A stretch of 64,000 bases of DNA from an uncultured Thermoleophilia bacterium (GCA_963705205.1 CAVPJG010000008.1:72-64071), one strand, 5' to 3'; numbered from the stretch's first letter, positions 46,567 to 55,637 are shown. Translations and numbers: made by a program. Notes: generated by a model not told the origin, from the letters alone.

Positions 46567-47546
46567 ATGACCAATGATGATGTCTTGTACGCCTACCGTC
46601 TACGTGTGCTCGCCAGCGCAAGAGAGCTCGGCAGCGTCGCCGCGGCCTGCCGCCTGTACGGCATCCACCGCTCGACCTTCTACCGCTGGAAGGCGCAGGC
46701 GGAGCGCTTCGGCCTCGAGATCCTGCGGCCCCGCGAGCGCCGCCGCCCGCAGATGCCGAACGCCATTCCCGTGCTCGTCGAGCAGCGCATCGTCGCCTTC
46801 GCCCTCGGGCACCCCGGCTACGGGCCGGCGCACATCGCAAGCGAGCTCGCCAGGCCCAAGTGGGGCGGCTTCAAGGTCTCGGCGAACGGCGTCTGGCGCG
46901 TGCTCCGCCGCCACGGGATCGGCACGCGCACCCTCAGGCTCGGCCTGCTTGCCGGCTACGCCGCGCCGCCCGAGCCCGCAAGGGAGCCCGAGCCCGAACG
47001 CCACATCGCGGCGGACCACCCCGGCGAGCTCGTGCAGGTGGACTGCTTCTGCATCGGCCGCCTGTCGGGCACGAGCGGCGTCGTCTGGCAGTACACGGCG
47101 ATCGATGGCGCCAGCGCCTTCACCTGGGCCGAGCTGCACGTCTCGCCGCGCAACCCGGAGGCGCGCTACTGCAGCGCTCTCGCACGGCGCGTGGCCAAGG
47201 AGCTCTCCGCGGCCGGCTGGGAGCTTGAGCGCGTCACGACCGACGGTGGCAATGAGTTCCGCAGCGCAACCTTCAGCGCCGCTCTCGCACGTCTCGGCGT
47301 GGTCCACACCCGGATCAGCCCCGGCCGGCCGCAGTCGAACGGCTTCGTCGAGCGCGTGCAGCGCACCATCCCGAGGAGTGCTGGAAGCCGGCCTTCGCGC
47401 GCTACCTGGTGCCCAAGTACGTGGGCCTGCGGCGCGAACTGGACCGCTACCTGCTGCACTACAACTTCGACCGCACGCACAACGGGCGCCTGACCAAAGG
47501 CAGGATCCCCGCCGAGGTCCTCGGTGCCGCTAAGATGTATCGCTAG
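46567..47546 (+). pseudogene. IS481-type DDE transposase, 1-nt frame break near 47371
   Basis: MTNDDVLYAYRLRVL...CRLYGIHRSTFYRWK (HTH), ...GELVQVDCF...WQYTAIDGAS...TTDGGNEF...ISPGRPQSNGFVERVQRTI. ACCATCCCGAGGAG should read ..ILEECWKPAF...YLLHYNFDRTHNGRL..MYR* (stop 47544-47546) in the next frame. Confidence 0.8.
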
Positions 47547-47598
47547 CAGGCCGGATGTGTCGCTACATCTTGGGGGCTGTACAGGCTAGTCCTCGGGC

Positions 47599-49395
47599 TC
47601 AGCCTCGAGGGAGGTGGATGCGGAAGGTGCTGCCGCGTCCGATCAGGCTGTCGACCGAGACGCGGCCGCCGTGGATCTGCGCGACGTGCTTGACGATCGC
47701 GAGACCGAGGCCTGTGCCGCCGAGGTCGCGGCTGCGAGCCTTGTCGACGCGGTAGAAGCGCTCGAACAGCCTCGGCAGGTGCTCGCGCGCGACCCCCTGG
47801 CCCTCGTCGGTGACGCTCACGACAACCTCATCGCCTCTCTCCTCGAGCGTGACGACGACGGTGCTGCCCTCAGCGCTGTACTTCACCGCGTTGTCGATGA
47901 GATTGACCACGGCCTGCTCGAGCAGGGGCGGGCTGACGCGCGCAAAGAGGCGTCCGGGGCAGTCTTCCCGCAGCTCGATGCTCTTTGCCTCCGCCTTTGG
48001 GCCGCAGACCTCGAGCGCCACGGCCACCACATCGCAGAGGTCGGCCTCCTCGAGCTGCAGGAGCGGACTGTCTCCCGACTGCTCCAGCGTCGAGAGCGCC
48101 AGCAGGTCCTCGATGATCGAGTTCAGCCGGTCGGCCTGCCCTGAGATGATGCGCACGAAGCGGTGCGCCGCCTCCGGGTCGTCCAGGGCGCCGTCCTCGA
48201 GGGTCTCAGCGAAGCCCTTGATGGAGGTGACCGGCGTCTTGAGCTCGTGGGACACGTTGGCGACGAAGTCGCGCCGCACCGCCTCGAGCCTCTTGAGGCG
48301 CGTCACATCGTTGAGCACGACGACGGCGCCCACGTCGTCTCCGTCGTCGTCCCCGTGCAGCAAGGTACCGTTGGCCTGGAGGTTGCGCTCCTCTGCACCG
48401 ACGCGTATCACGATGTCGGCCTCCACGGGACGATGACCGTCCAGCGTCTGCGCCACCACGTGCTGGAGGTCCGGGTTGCGGACGACCTCCTGGATGGCCC
48501 TGCCCTCGGCCGACACGGGATCGGTGTCCAGGAGGCGCGCGGCGGCCGCGTTCACGGCGATCACCCGCTCGTCGATGTCCACGGCGAGCACGCCCTCGAC
48601 CATGCTGGCGAGCACCGCCTCGCGCTCGTTGCGCTCGTGGGTGAGCCGGCGCAGCTTGTCGTCCAGCTCCGCGGCCATCTGGTTGATGCTCTCGGCGACC
48701 GACGCGAACTCCTCGACACGCGGCACGATCAGCTTGTGCGTGAAGTCCCCCGCCGCAAGGCGTTCGGCGCCGACCTTGATGGCGCGCATCTGCCCGCTGA
48801 TGCGCCGGGACACGTACAAGCCGATGATCGCGGCGATCACCGCGACCAGGATCGCACTCACGGCGATGCTCCCGTAGAGGGAGGCGAGCGCGTTGTTCAC
48901 ACGCGTGAGCGGGACGGCCGTACGCACGACGGTCGTGAGACGGTCGTCCTCGGTGACGGGCACGGCGACGTACATCATCTCCTGCGACAGCGTCCTGCTG
49001 TATCGGATAGCGCGGCCCGGCCGTCCCTCGAGGGCCGCACGGACCTCGGGACGGGTGGCATGGCTCTCCATCTCCAGGGGATCGGTGTCCGAGTCGGCCA
49101 GGACTTGGCCTCTGCCGGATCCCGGACGGTCCACGGCGATGAGCGTGATGCGCGTTCCCGACGACTCGCCCAGTCGCTGCACGAGCGCCTCGAGCTCCTC
49201 GGGCGTGTCGGCCTCAATGGCGGGGAGGATCTGCTCGCGCACGAGCGCCGCCCGCGCCTGCAGCTCCCGCTCGGTGTGGTCCACGTAGAAGTCGCGCACC
49301 GAGCGCACCGCGTAGAAGCCGACCGCGGCGGTGCACAGCACGACGATGACGAGGTAGGTGGCGTAGATACGCCAGAAGAGCCGCGGCCTACCCAC
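47599..49395 (-). CDS. phoR: PhoR-type sensor histidine kinase (2 TM, HAMP, PAS, HisKA, HATPase)
   Basis: 598 aa: SHELKTPVTSIKGFAETL, LIDNAVKYS, DEGQGV, GGTGLGLAIVKH. The PAS segment precedes the H-box. Sits downstream of the PhoB/PhoP-like RR. Confidence 0.8.
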   Translation of the reverse strand: MGRPRLFWRIYATYLVIVVLCTAAVGFYAVRSVRDFYVDHTERELQARAALVREQILPAIEADTPEELEALVQRLGESSGTRITLIAVDRPGSGRGQVLADSDTDPLEMESHATRPEVRAALEGRPGRAIRYSRTLSQEMMYVAVPVTEDDRLTTVVRTAVPLTRVNNALASLYGSIAVSAILVAVIAAIIGLYVSRRISGQMRAIKVGAERLAAGDFTHKLIVPRVEEFASVAESINQMAAELDDKLRRLTHERNEREAVLASMVEGVLAVDIDERVIAVNAAAARLLDTDPVSAEGRAIQEVVRNPDLQHVVAQTLDGHRPVEADIVIRVGAEERNLQANGTLLHGDDDGDDVGAVVVLNDVTRLKRLEAVRRDFVANVSHELKTPVTSIKGFAETLEDGALDDPEAAHRFVRIISGQADRLNSIIEDLLALSTLEQSGDSPLLQLEEADLCDVVAVALEVCGPKAEAKSIELREDCPGRLFARVSPPLLEQAVVNLIDNAVKYSAEGSTVVVTLEERGDEVVVSVTDEGQGVAREHLPRLFERFYRVDKARSRDLGGTGLGLAIVKHVAQIHGGRVSVDSLIGRGSTFRIHLPRG

Positions 49396-49449
49396 AGCTC
49401 ACCGGCCTTCGAAGCCGGCCGAACGAGGGGGGCGCCGCAGGTACGCCCC

Positions 49450-50151
49450 TCACTGGTCCTGCAGGCGATACCCCACGCCGCGGACGGTCTCGATGTACGC
49501 GCCGCAGCTGCCGAGCTTGCGGCGCAGCGAGACGATGTGGACGTCGACCGAGCGGTCGGTCACGAAGCGGTCGTTGACGAATGAGTCGTCCCCTTGGGCG
49601 GCATCGACGATCTGCTGCCTAGTGAACACCCAGCCGGGACGCTTTGCCAGATACAGGAGGATACGGAACTCCGTGGCGGTGAGCTCTACCGGCTTTCCGC
49701 CGACCAGGACCTGATGCCTGCCGGGGTGGATGGTGAGCTCCTTGATGTGGACGGTCGCCTCGTCGTCCGCGGTCTCGTCGCCGCGGCGTAGCACGGCCCG
49801 GATACGGGCCGTGAGCACCCGCGGGCTGAACGGCTTGGTGACGTAGTCGGACGCCCCGAGTTCGAGGCCGGCTACGACGTCTGCCTCGCTGCCCTTGGCC
49901 GTGAGCATCACGATAGGGATGGCGCGGGTCTTCGCGTCCGACTTGAGACGACGGCAGACCTCGAGCCCGTCGACCCCCGGCAGCATGAGGTCGAGCACGA
50001 TGAGGTCCGGCGTCTTGGCACGCGTTGCCGCCAAGGCGTCCTCGCCGCTGGCCACCACCGTCACGCGGTAGCCTTCCTTGTCCAGGTTGTACTTGACGAG
50101 CTCGAGGATGTCCCGCTCGTCGTCGACGACGAGCACGTTCTCTCTGGCCAT
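49450..50151 (-). CDS. phoP: PhoB/PhoP-type OmpR-family response regulator
   Basis: MARENVLVVDDE...LIVLDLMLPGVDG...KPF...LTATEFRILLYLA...VRGVGYRL. ATG 50151 preferred over TTG 50184. Confidence 0.8.
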   Translation of the reverse strand: MARENVLVVDDERDILELVKYNLDKEGYRVTVVASGEDALAATRAKTPDLIVLDLMLPGVDGLEVCRRLKSDAKTRAIPIVMLTAKGSEADVVAGLELGASDYVTKPFSPRVLTARIRAVLRRGDETADDEATVHIKELTIHPGRHQVLVGGKPVELTATEFRILLYLAKRPGWVFTRQQIVDAAQGDDSFVNDRFVTDRSVDVHIVSLRRKLGSCGAYIETVRGVGYRLQDQ

Positions 50152-50201
50152 CGTCACATCCGTGTCGTGGGTGAGGTCGGGCAAGAGACTATCCGCCCGC
50201 T

Positions 50202-50219
50202 GTTAGGTCTCCGTTAGCA
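50202..50219 (-). promoter_or_regulatory. candidate Pho box upstream of the phoP-phoR operon (two units, 11-bp phase)
   Basis: + strand: GTTAGGTctccGTTAGCA. Gene sense: TGCTAACggagACCTAACa. TAGTCT (50191..50186) lies 10 nt downstream as a -10 candidate. 50-70 nt upstream of ATG 50151. Confidence 0.45.
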
Positions 50220-50273
50220 TACAGGCCGGTGGCCGGGCTTCCTGTCGTCGCCCGGCGAAAGGAGATCGCGCAC

Positions 50274-51530
50274 ATGCGGAACACGGCAGACGTCGTCGTC
50301 GTGGGGGGTGGCCCGATCGGAGTGTGCTGCGCACTCGAGCTCGCCCGGACCGGGGCCCGCACCCTGCTGCTCGAGCGAGAGACCCTCGTCTGCCCGTCGG
50401 CGAGCGGCGCGTACGCCAACTGCGGATTGCTGGTGCCCAGCGACGCGACGCCCCTGGCCGCACCCGGTGTGCTCGGCCAGGGGCTGAAGTGGATGCTCGA
50501 CAGCTCCAGCCCCTTCTACATCGCGCCACGGCCGAGCCCGGCGCTGGCGCGCTGGCTCTGGTTGTTCCGGGCCGCCTGCTCGCGCGAGCGGGTGCAGGCG
50601 GCGGCACCGGTGCTGCGCGCGCTGCACGTGGCGAGCGCGCGCCTGCACGACGAGCTCGCCGTCGGGGGCGGCGAGGAGTGGCTCTTCCACCACGACGGCG
50701 AACTGCAGGTGTTCGAGACCGCGACCGGCTTGGCAGCCGCGCGCGCGGACGTCGAGACGGCGCGCGCCTTGGGAGCGCGCATCGACGAGGTCACCGCCGC
50801 TGAGGCGCGCCGGATGTTCCCCAGCCTCCGCTGCGAGCTCGCCGGGGCGTTCTTCTTCCCCGAGGACGGGCACCTCGACCCCATGCGCTTCACGAGAGCC
50901 TTGGCCCGGCTCGCCGAGGATGCCGGCGCCACCGTGAAGACCGGGGCGGAAGTCCTCGCGCTCGAACCGGTGCACGCGGGCGTGCGTGCCCTCACCACGC
51001 GCGGCGCGTTCGAGGCCGCCCAGGTGGTGCTGGCGGCCGGCGCCTGGACGCCGCAGCTCACCCGGGGGCTCGGCCTGCGGCTCCCGATCGAGCCGGCCAA
51101 GGGCTACAGCGTGGACGTGGAGAGGCCGGCGGATTTCCCCGACCTGCCGCTGTATCTTGGCGACGCCCACGTCGTCCTGACACCGCTGGGCGACACGCTG
51201 CGCCTGGGCAGCACGCTGGAGCTGTCCGGGTGGGACATGCGCGTGCGTCCCAAACGGGTGGCGCACCTGAGGGAAGGCGGCCGGCGGGCCATCGGCCTGC
51301 CGGCCGGCGGGCCCGTACGCCAGCTCTGGCGCGGCCCGCGTCCGGTGACCCCTGACGGCCTGCCGATGATCGGCCGCGTGCCGGGCCGGGACCGGGTGAT
51401 CCTCGCCGCGGGACACTGCATGCTCGGGCTCTCGCTCGGGCCGGTCACCGGACGCCTGGTCGCCGAGCTCGCCGGGGGCGCGGCGCCGTCCATCGACCTG
51501 GCGCCGGTCGCCGTGCAGCGCTTCAGCTGA
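50274..51530 (+). CDS. FAD-dependent oxidoreductase (DadA / glycine-oxidase-like)
   Basis: GGAG lies 9 nt before ATG 50274. DVVVVGGGPIGVCCALELAR dinucleotide fold. ...GHCMLGLSLGPVTG C-terminal block. Confidence 0.8.
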   Translation: MRNTADVVVVGGGPIGVCCALELARTGARTLLLERETLVCPSASGAYANCGLLVPSDATPLAAPGVLGQGLKWMLDSSSPFYIAPRPSPALARWLWLFRAACSRERVQAAAPVLRALHVASARLHDELAVGGGEEWLFHHDGELQVFETATGLAAARADVETARALGARIDEVTAAEARRMFPSLRCELAGAFFFPEDGHLDPMRFTRALARLAEDAGATVKTGAEVLALEPVHAGVRALTTRGAFEAAQVVLAAGAWTPQLTRGLGLRLPIEPAKGYSVDVERPADFPDLPLYLGDAHVVLTPLGDTLRLGSTLELSGWDMRVRPKRVAHLREGGRRAIGLPAGGPVRQLWRGPRPVTPDGLPMIGRVPGRDRVILAAGHCMLGLSLGPVTGRLVAELAGGAAPSIDLAPVAVQRFS

Positions 51531-51558
51531 CGGGGCGGCCTCGGGGCAGGATCGCCGG

Positions 51559-51939
51559 TCAGGCCACTGCCTGCCCGCCGGCGACCTCCAGCACGCTGTC
51601 CGGAGCGCACACACGACAGGAGCAGTCCGGGAGATGCATCCAGCCGTAGGCCGGCGAACGCCATGGGGTCACCAGCGAGTACGCGTCTCCTCTGTGGCCG
51701 CGGCGCCGGAACAAGGAGCCGTCGAAGTAGAAGACGACACCCCGGTCATCCATCGTCCAGGCCGGCTCGCCGTCGGTCAGCACCTGGAACCGGCTGAAGT
51801 ACGCGCGCTCTCGCCTGTGCACGGCCACCTCCCTGCTCGCCTGCCGAGATGGTGCCCATGCCGCGTTAGGAACCGATGTGCCGCTTCCGCGAATCTGATG
51901 AAGGTGCGCGTCGGCGGTGAGCGAGCGGTGTGAATGCAC
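51559..51939 (-). CDS. hypothetical protein (start uncertain; may begin at GTG 51828)
   Basis: GC3-rich frame: ...YFSRFQVLTDGEPAWTMDDRGVVFYFDGSLFRRRGH...MHLPDCSCRVCAPDSVLEV. No family recognised. Confidence 0.4.
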   Translation of the reverse strand: MHSHRSLTADAHLHQIRGSGTSVPNAAWAPSRQASREVAVHRRERAYFSRFQVLTDGEPAWTMDDRGVVFYFDGSLFRRRGHRGDAYSLVTPWRSPAYGWMHLPDCSCRVCAPDSVLEVAGGQAVA

Positions 51940-51974
51940 GGCGGCCCGGACGAAGGCGGCGTGTGAGGGCGCCG

Positions 51975-52688
51975 TCAGCGCCCGTCGTCACGCATGATCG
52001 CGTCGTAGGCCGCGCGCCAGTCGGAGAGGTCGGCGAAGAGGTGGTCCGGCTCGTGCGCGGCCAGCTCGTCCGCGCTGTGCCGGCCGGTGGCGACGGCGAC
52101 GGCGGTGACCCCGAGTGCGGCGCCGCACTCCACATCGGCCGGCGCATCGCCGATGACGACGACGTCCTTGCCGGCGTAGCGGCGGCCCGTCATGGCCTCG
52201 GCGCGGGCCACGGCGACGGCCGGCAGCTCGCCGCGCAGCGCCGAGTCGGACCCGTAGGCGCCGACCTTGAAGAGCGAGGACAGGCCCGTCGGCTCGAGCT
52301 TGAGACGGGCCCCCTCCACGACGTTCCCGGTGAGCAGGCCGACCAGGGCGCGACGGTCGGCCGCGAGCGCCGTGACCAGCTCGCGGACGCCCGGCAGGGT
52401 CTCGACCTCGCCGTCGTCGATCTCTTCGCGCAGCAACTCGACGTAGCGGGCGATGCACGCCTCGACCAGCCCGTCGACCGGGGCGCGCCCATCCGGCCGG
52501 CGAGAACCCCACAGCGTCGCCAGGTCGCTGATGATGGCGGGGTCAGTGCGCCCGTGGAACGAGTAGTCCCCGAGCTCGCCCTCGACCCCGTAGACATCCT
52601 TGATGGCGCGCAGGATCGCTCGCCCGCCGGCGCCGTGGGCGTCGATGAGCGTGCAGTCGATGTCGAACAGGACGAGGCGGTCGGGCAT
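51975..52688 (-). CDS. HAD-superfamily hydrolase (phosphoglycolate-phosphatase-like, IA)
   Basis: 237 aa: LFDIDCTLID, LLTGN, VVIGDAPADV. Confidence 0.8.
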   Translation of the reverse strand: MPDRLVLFDIDCTLIDAHGAGGRAILRAIKDVYGVEGELGDYSFHGRTDPAIISDLATLWGSRRPDGRAPVDGLVEACIARYVELLREEIDDGEVETLPGVRELVTALAADRRALVGLLTGNVVEGARLKLEPTGLSSLFKVGAYGSDSALRGELPAVAVARAEAMTGRRYAGKDVVVIGDAPADVECGAALGVTAVAVATGRHSADELAAHEPDHLFADLSDWRAAYDAIMRDDGR

Positions 52689-52741
52689 GGCCCCGAGTAT
52701 ACCGGGCGGGCGGGCGGCGCTGCCGCCGCCGGCCCGCCGGC

Positions 52742-53716
52742 TCAGTCACCCGACGGCGGGTTCCCCCCGTGGCAGGGGCAGCCGGGCTTCTGCCCGAACC
52801 CGCCCTGATGGCACGCGTCGCACGGCAGCGGCTCCTCGCCGGCCGGAACGTGCGGCCCCTCCTGCGGGTGCGTGAACTTGGACGGGTTCCAGTTCTGGAT
52901 GGTGTGGCAGCCGACGCAGTCCAGCAGCCCGTTGTGCTCATCGCCGTGGCAGTCGACACAGCCGTCCGGCTTCGCCGCGACGCCCTTGGTGTGGCAGACC
53001 TCGCAGCTGATCTGCCCGTGCTTGCCGGTCAGCGGACCGCCGGGGTGCGGGCCGCCACCCTTGCCGCCCGTCCAGCTGGTGATGCCGTGGCAATCGACGC
53101 ACGGGCCACGGTCGGTATGCGGCGCCTGGTGGCAGTAGCTGCAGTCCTTCGTGCCGTCGGCGTGGCAGACGAAGCACGACGGCATGGAGTTCGCCGGCGG
53201 CGCGGTGACCCCGGGCGCGCCGGCGTGCACCAGAGAGGCGTGGCACTCGATGCACTGTTGTCGTGTGTGCCCGTCACTGCCGTGCTGGAAGACGACCGTC
53301 GCGGGGGCCCCGAGCTTCAGCGTCTTGCCGGTCTGCGCGCCGGTGTGGCAGCCGGAGCGCATACAGGCGGAGTCCGGGATGTGGCGCGTCACCTTGATCG
53401 GCGCCTTCAGCTGGCCGGTGAAATGGACCCAGACTTCGCGCGACGCGTAGGCCTTGGTCTCGACGAAGTTCACGTAGCCGGGCGGGATGTGGCACTGCAC
53501 GCAATCGGTAGTCCGGTGCGCCGACTTCTCCCACGTGTCGCGGTACGGCCACATCTCGTGGCAGTCCGTTCCGCAGAACTTGTTGCTCTCCGTGAACCTG
53601 GCCGCGAGCGCCGAGCCGCCGACGAAGAGCAGGACGAGTACGCCCGCGACGATCGCGAGACGCTTCCACGAACGGGACCACCAGGATCGATGGGCGGACG
53701 ACTTCGACGCAGCCAC
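52742..53716 (-). CDS. membrane-anchored multiheme cytochrome c (NapC/NirT-like N-terminus, c3-like C-terminal half)
   Basis: 324 aa. N-terminal TM LAIVAGVLVLLFVGGSALAA. Nine CxxCH (CVQCH, CIECH, CFVCH, CSYCH, CVDCH, CEVCH, CVDCH, CVGCH, CDACH) plus CGTDCH (Cx3CH) and CMRSGCH (Cx4CH). Confidence 0.85.
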   Translation of the reverse strand: MAASKSSAHRSWWSRSWKRLAIVAGVLVLLFVGGSALAARFTESNKFCGTDCHEMWPYRDTWEKSAHRTTDCVQCHIPPGYVNFVETKAYASREVWVHFTGQLKAPIKVTRHIPDSACMRSGCHTGAQTGKTLKLGAPATVVFQHGSDGHTRQQCIECHASLVHAGAPGVTAPPANSMPSCFVCHADGTKDCSYCHQAPHTDRGPCVDCHGITSWTGGKGGGPHPGGPLTGKHGQISCEVCHTKGVAAKPDGCVDCHGDEHNGLLDCVGCHTIQNWNPSKFTHPQEGPHVPAGEEPLPCDACHQGGFGQKPGCPCHGGNPPSGD

Positions 53717-53828
53717 GGCGTACTCCCTTCAGCGCCGCCACACACCCTGCGAGCAGCATACGCTCAAGGCCGTGGCGTGTCCCGTGCACGTTCACACGCC
53801 GAAGCCGGGGCCCGCGAGGCGCCGCGGG

Positions 53829-54245
53829 TCAGCTGCCGGGAGCGCCCTTGAGCAGGAGCAGTGGCACGTCGCTGTTGTGCCGCACGTGATCGGCCACGCT
53901 GCCCAGCACCATGCGCTTCGCCCACCCGTGCCCGTGCGTGGCCATGGCGATCAGGTCCGGATGGAGTTCTTCGGCCTGCTCCACGATGACCCGCTGCGGC
54001 TCGCCGGAGAGCAGCCGGGTCTGGACGGTGAGGCCGCGGCTGCGAAGCTGCCCCGCGGCCCGCGCGAGGCCGCTCTCGGCGTCCTCGACCTCGCACGCGC
54101 GCTGGTCCCGCGTGTGGTAGTGCGCGACGCGCAGGAGGACCACCTCGGCGTCGCACATCGCCGCCAGCGCGCCGACGTGCTCGAGCACCGGCCCGTCGGT
54201 CTCGGTGCCCTCGATGGGGACGAGGATGCGCTGGTACATGCCCAC
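53829..54245 (-). CDS. universal stress protein (UspA family)
   Basis: 138 aa: ILVPIEGTE..., DLIAMATHGHGWAKRMVLGSVADHVRHNSDVPLLLL. Confidence 0.85.
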   Translation of the reverse strand: MGMYQRILVPIEGTETDGPVLEHVGALAAMCDAEVVLLRVAHYHTRDQRACEVEDAESGLARAAGQLRSRGLTVQTRLLSGEPQRVIVEQAEELHPDLIAMATHGHGWAKRMVLGSVADHVRHNSDVPLLLLKGAPGS

Positions 54246-54248
54246 TGC

Positions 54249-55631
54249 CTAGCCTCCGAAGAAGAGCTGGTAGAGCAGAAACGCGTTGAGGCCGATGATG
54301 ACCGCCGCCAGCACGAAACCGACGGCGAGCTGCATCGCGTTCATACGATACCCGCCCATGACGCGTTTGCTCCGCGAGAGCCAGAGCAGCGGGATGATGG
54401 TGAACGGGAGCTGGATGCTCAGCAGGACCTGACTCACGATCAGCGCCTTGTACGAGTCCACGCCCAAGGCGATGACGAACATGGCAGGCAGTGAGGTGGC
54501 CACAAGGCCGATCCTGTACGCCCGGGTCCGCGGGTCCTCGGGCTTGCCGAGGTAGCCGGTGACGACGTTCGCCTCGGCCAGCGATGACGTGATCGACGAG
54601 GCGATGCCGGCGACCAGCAGCGCGAGGCCGAAGAGGAACCTGGAGAGCGGCCCCACCAGCGGTTCCAGCGTCTCCGACGCCTGTTCGATGCTGGTGACGG
54701 TGACCCCGGCCGAGAAGAAGACCGCCGCCGCGACGATGATCATCGCCGAGTTGACGAGCCAGCCCATGCCCATGGCCAGGCTGGTGTCGATGAGCTCGAA
54801 GTTCATGAGCCGGCGGCGGCGCTCCGGAGCGAGGTCCCAGTCGCGCGACTGGATGACGTTGGAGTGCACGTAGATGTTGTGCGGCATGACGATCGCGCCG
54901 AGCATGCCGAGCGCCACGAGGATGCTGGCCCCGTCCACGGACGGGATGACCCAGCGTGGCGCCGCCGCGGCCCAGTCCGGGCTCACGAGGACCAGCTCGA
55001 TGACGTAACAGCCGGCGATGATGGCGAGGAAGACGACGATCATCCGCTCCAGCCGGTGGTACTGCTGCCCGAGGATCGCGATGAAGACGATGCCCACGGT
55101 GAGCGGAGCACCGAGCCACAGCGGCAGGCCGAAGAGGAGGTAGAAACCGAGCGCGGCGCCGAGGTACTCCGCCAGATCCGTCGCCATGCACGCGAGGACG
55201 ATGGTCACACCGGCAATCCACACGACCGGCTTGGGCAGCTTGGTGCGGATGTTGGCCGCCAACGAGTGGCCGGTGACGATGCCGAGCTTGGCGGAGAGGT
55301 GCTGCAGGAAGATGAGCATCAGGGTGCTCAGCGACACCACCCACAGCAGCGTGTAGCCGAACTCCGAGCCACCGGCGATGTTCGTCGCCCAGTTGCCCGG
55401 GTCGATGAAGCCGATGGTGACGATGAACCCAGGGCCGAGATAGCGCAGCAGCTCGCGCGAGAAGAGGTCGCGGACAAAGTCCGCGGCCCCTCTCGGGATC
55501 GAATCGTCCTCGAGGTCGGCCGGCGGCTCGAGTGCCAGGCCGACCGCGACCGCCTCGGGGGCGGGATCAGGCTGCGCCCGGCCCGCCTCTTCCGCGGCTC
55601 CCCCCGCGCGGGTGTCGTCGCGCCCGGTCAT
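54249..55631 (-). CDS. mntH: NRAMP-family divalent metal (Mn2+/Fe2+) transporter
   Basis: 460 aa: GFIDPGNWATNIAGGSEFGYTLLWVV, MPHNIYVHS. About 11 TM. Confidence 0.9.
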   Translation of the reverse strand: MTGRDDTRAGGAAEEAGRAQPDPAPEAVAVGLALEPPADLEDDSIPRGAADFVRDLFSRELLRYLGPGFIVTIGFIDPGNWATNIAGGSEFGYTLLWVVSLSTLMLIFLQHLSAKLGIVTGHSLAANIRTKLPKPVVWIAGVTIVLACMATDLAEYLGAALGFYLLFGLPLWLGAPLTVGIVFIAILGQQYHRLERMIVVFLAIIAGCYVIELVLVSPDWAAAAPRWVIPSVDGASILVALGMLGAIVMPHNIYVHSNVIQSRDWDLAPERRRRLMNFELIDTSLAMGMGWLVNSAMIIVAAAVFFSAGVTVTSIEQASETLEPLVGPLSRFLFGLALLVAGIASSITSSLAEANVVTGYLGKPEDPRTRAYRIGLVATSLPAMFVIALGVDSYKALIVSQVLLSIQLPFTIIPLLWLSRSKRVMGGYRMNAMQLAVGFVLAAVIIGLNAFLLYQLFFGG

Positions 55632-55637
55632 GACGAC

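Larger units (their letters stand above)
46445..47592 (+). mobile_element. IS481-family-like insertion sequence (about 1.15 kb) with 36-bp imperfect terminal inverted repeats
   Basis: IRL 46445-46480: GGACTAGTCTGTCCTATCCCCGAGTAGTACCGACAC. Reverse complement of IRR 47557-47592: GGACTAGCCTGTACAGCCCCCAAGATGTAGCGACAC. 27/36 identical by hand alignment. Single HTH + rve-type transposase inside. No clear target duplication seen. Confidence 0.75.
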
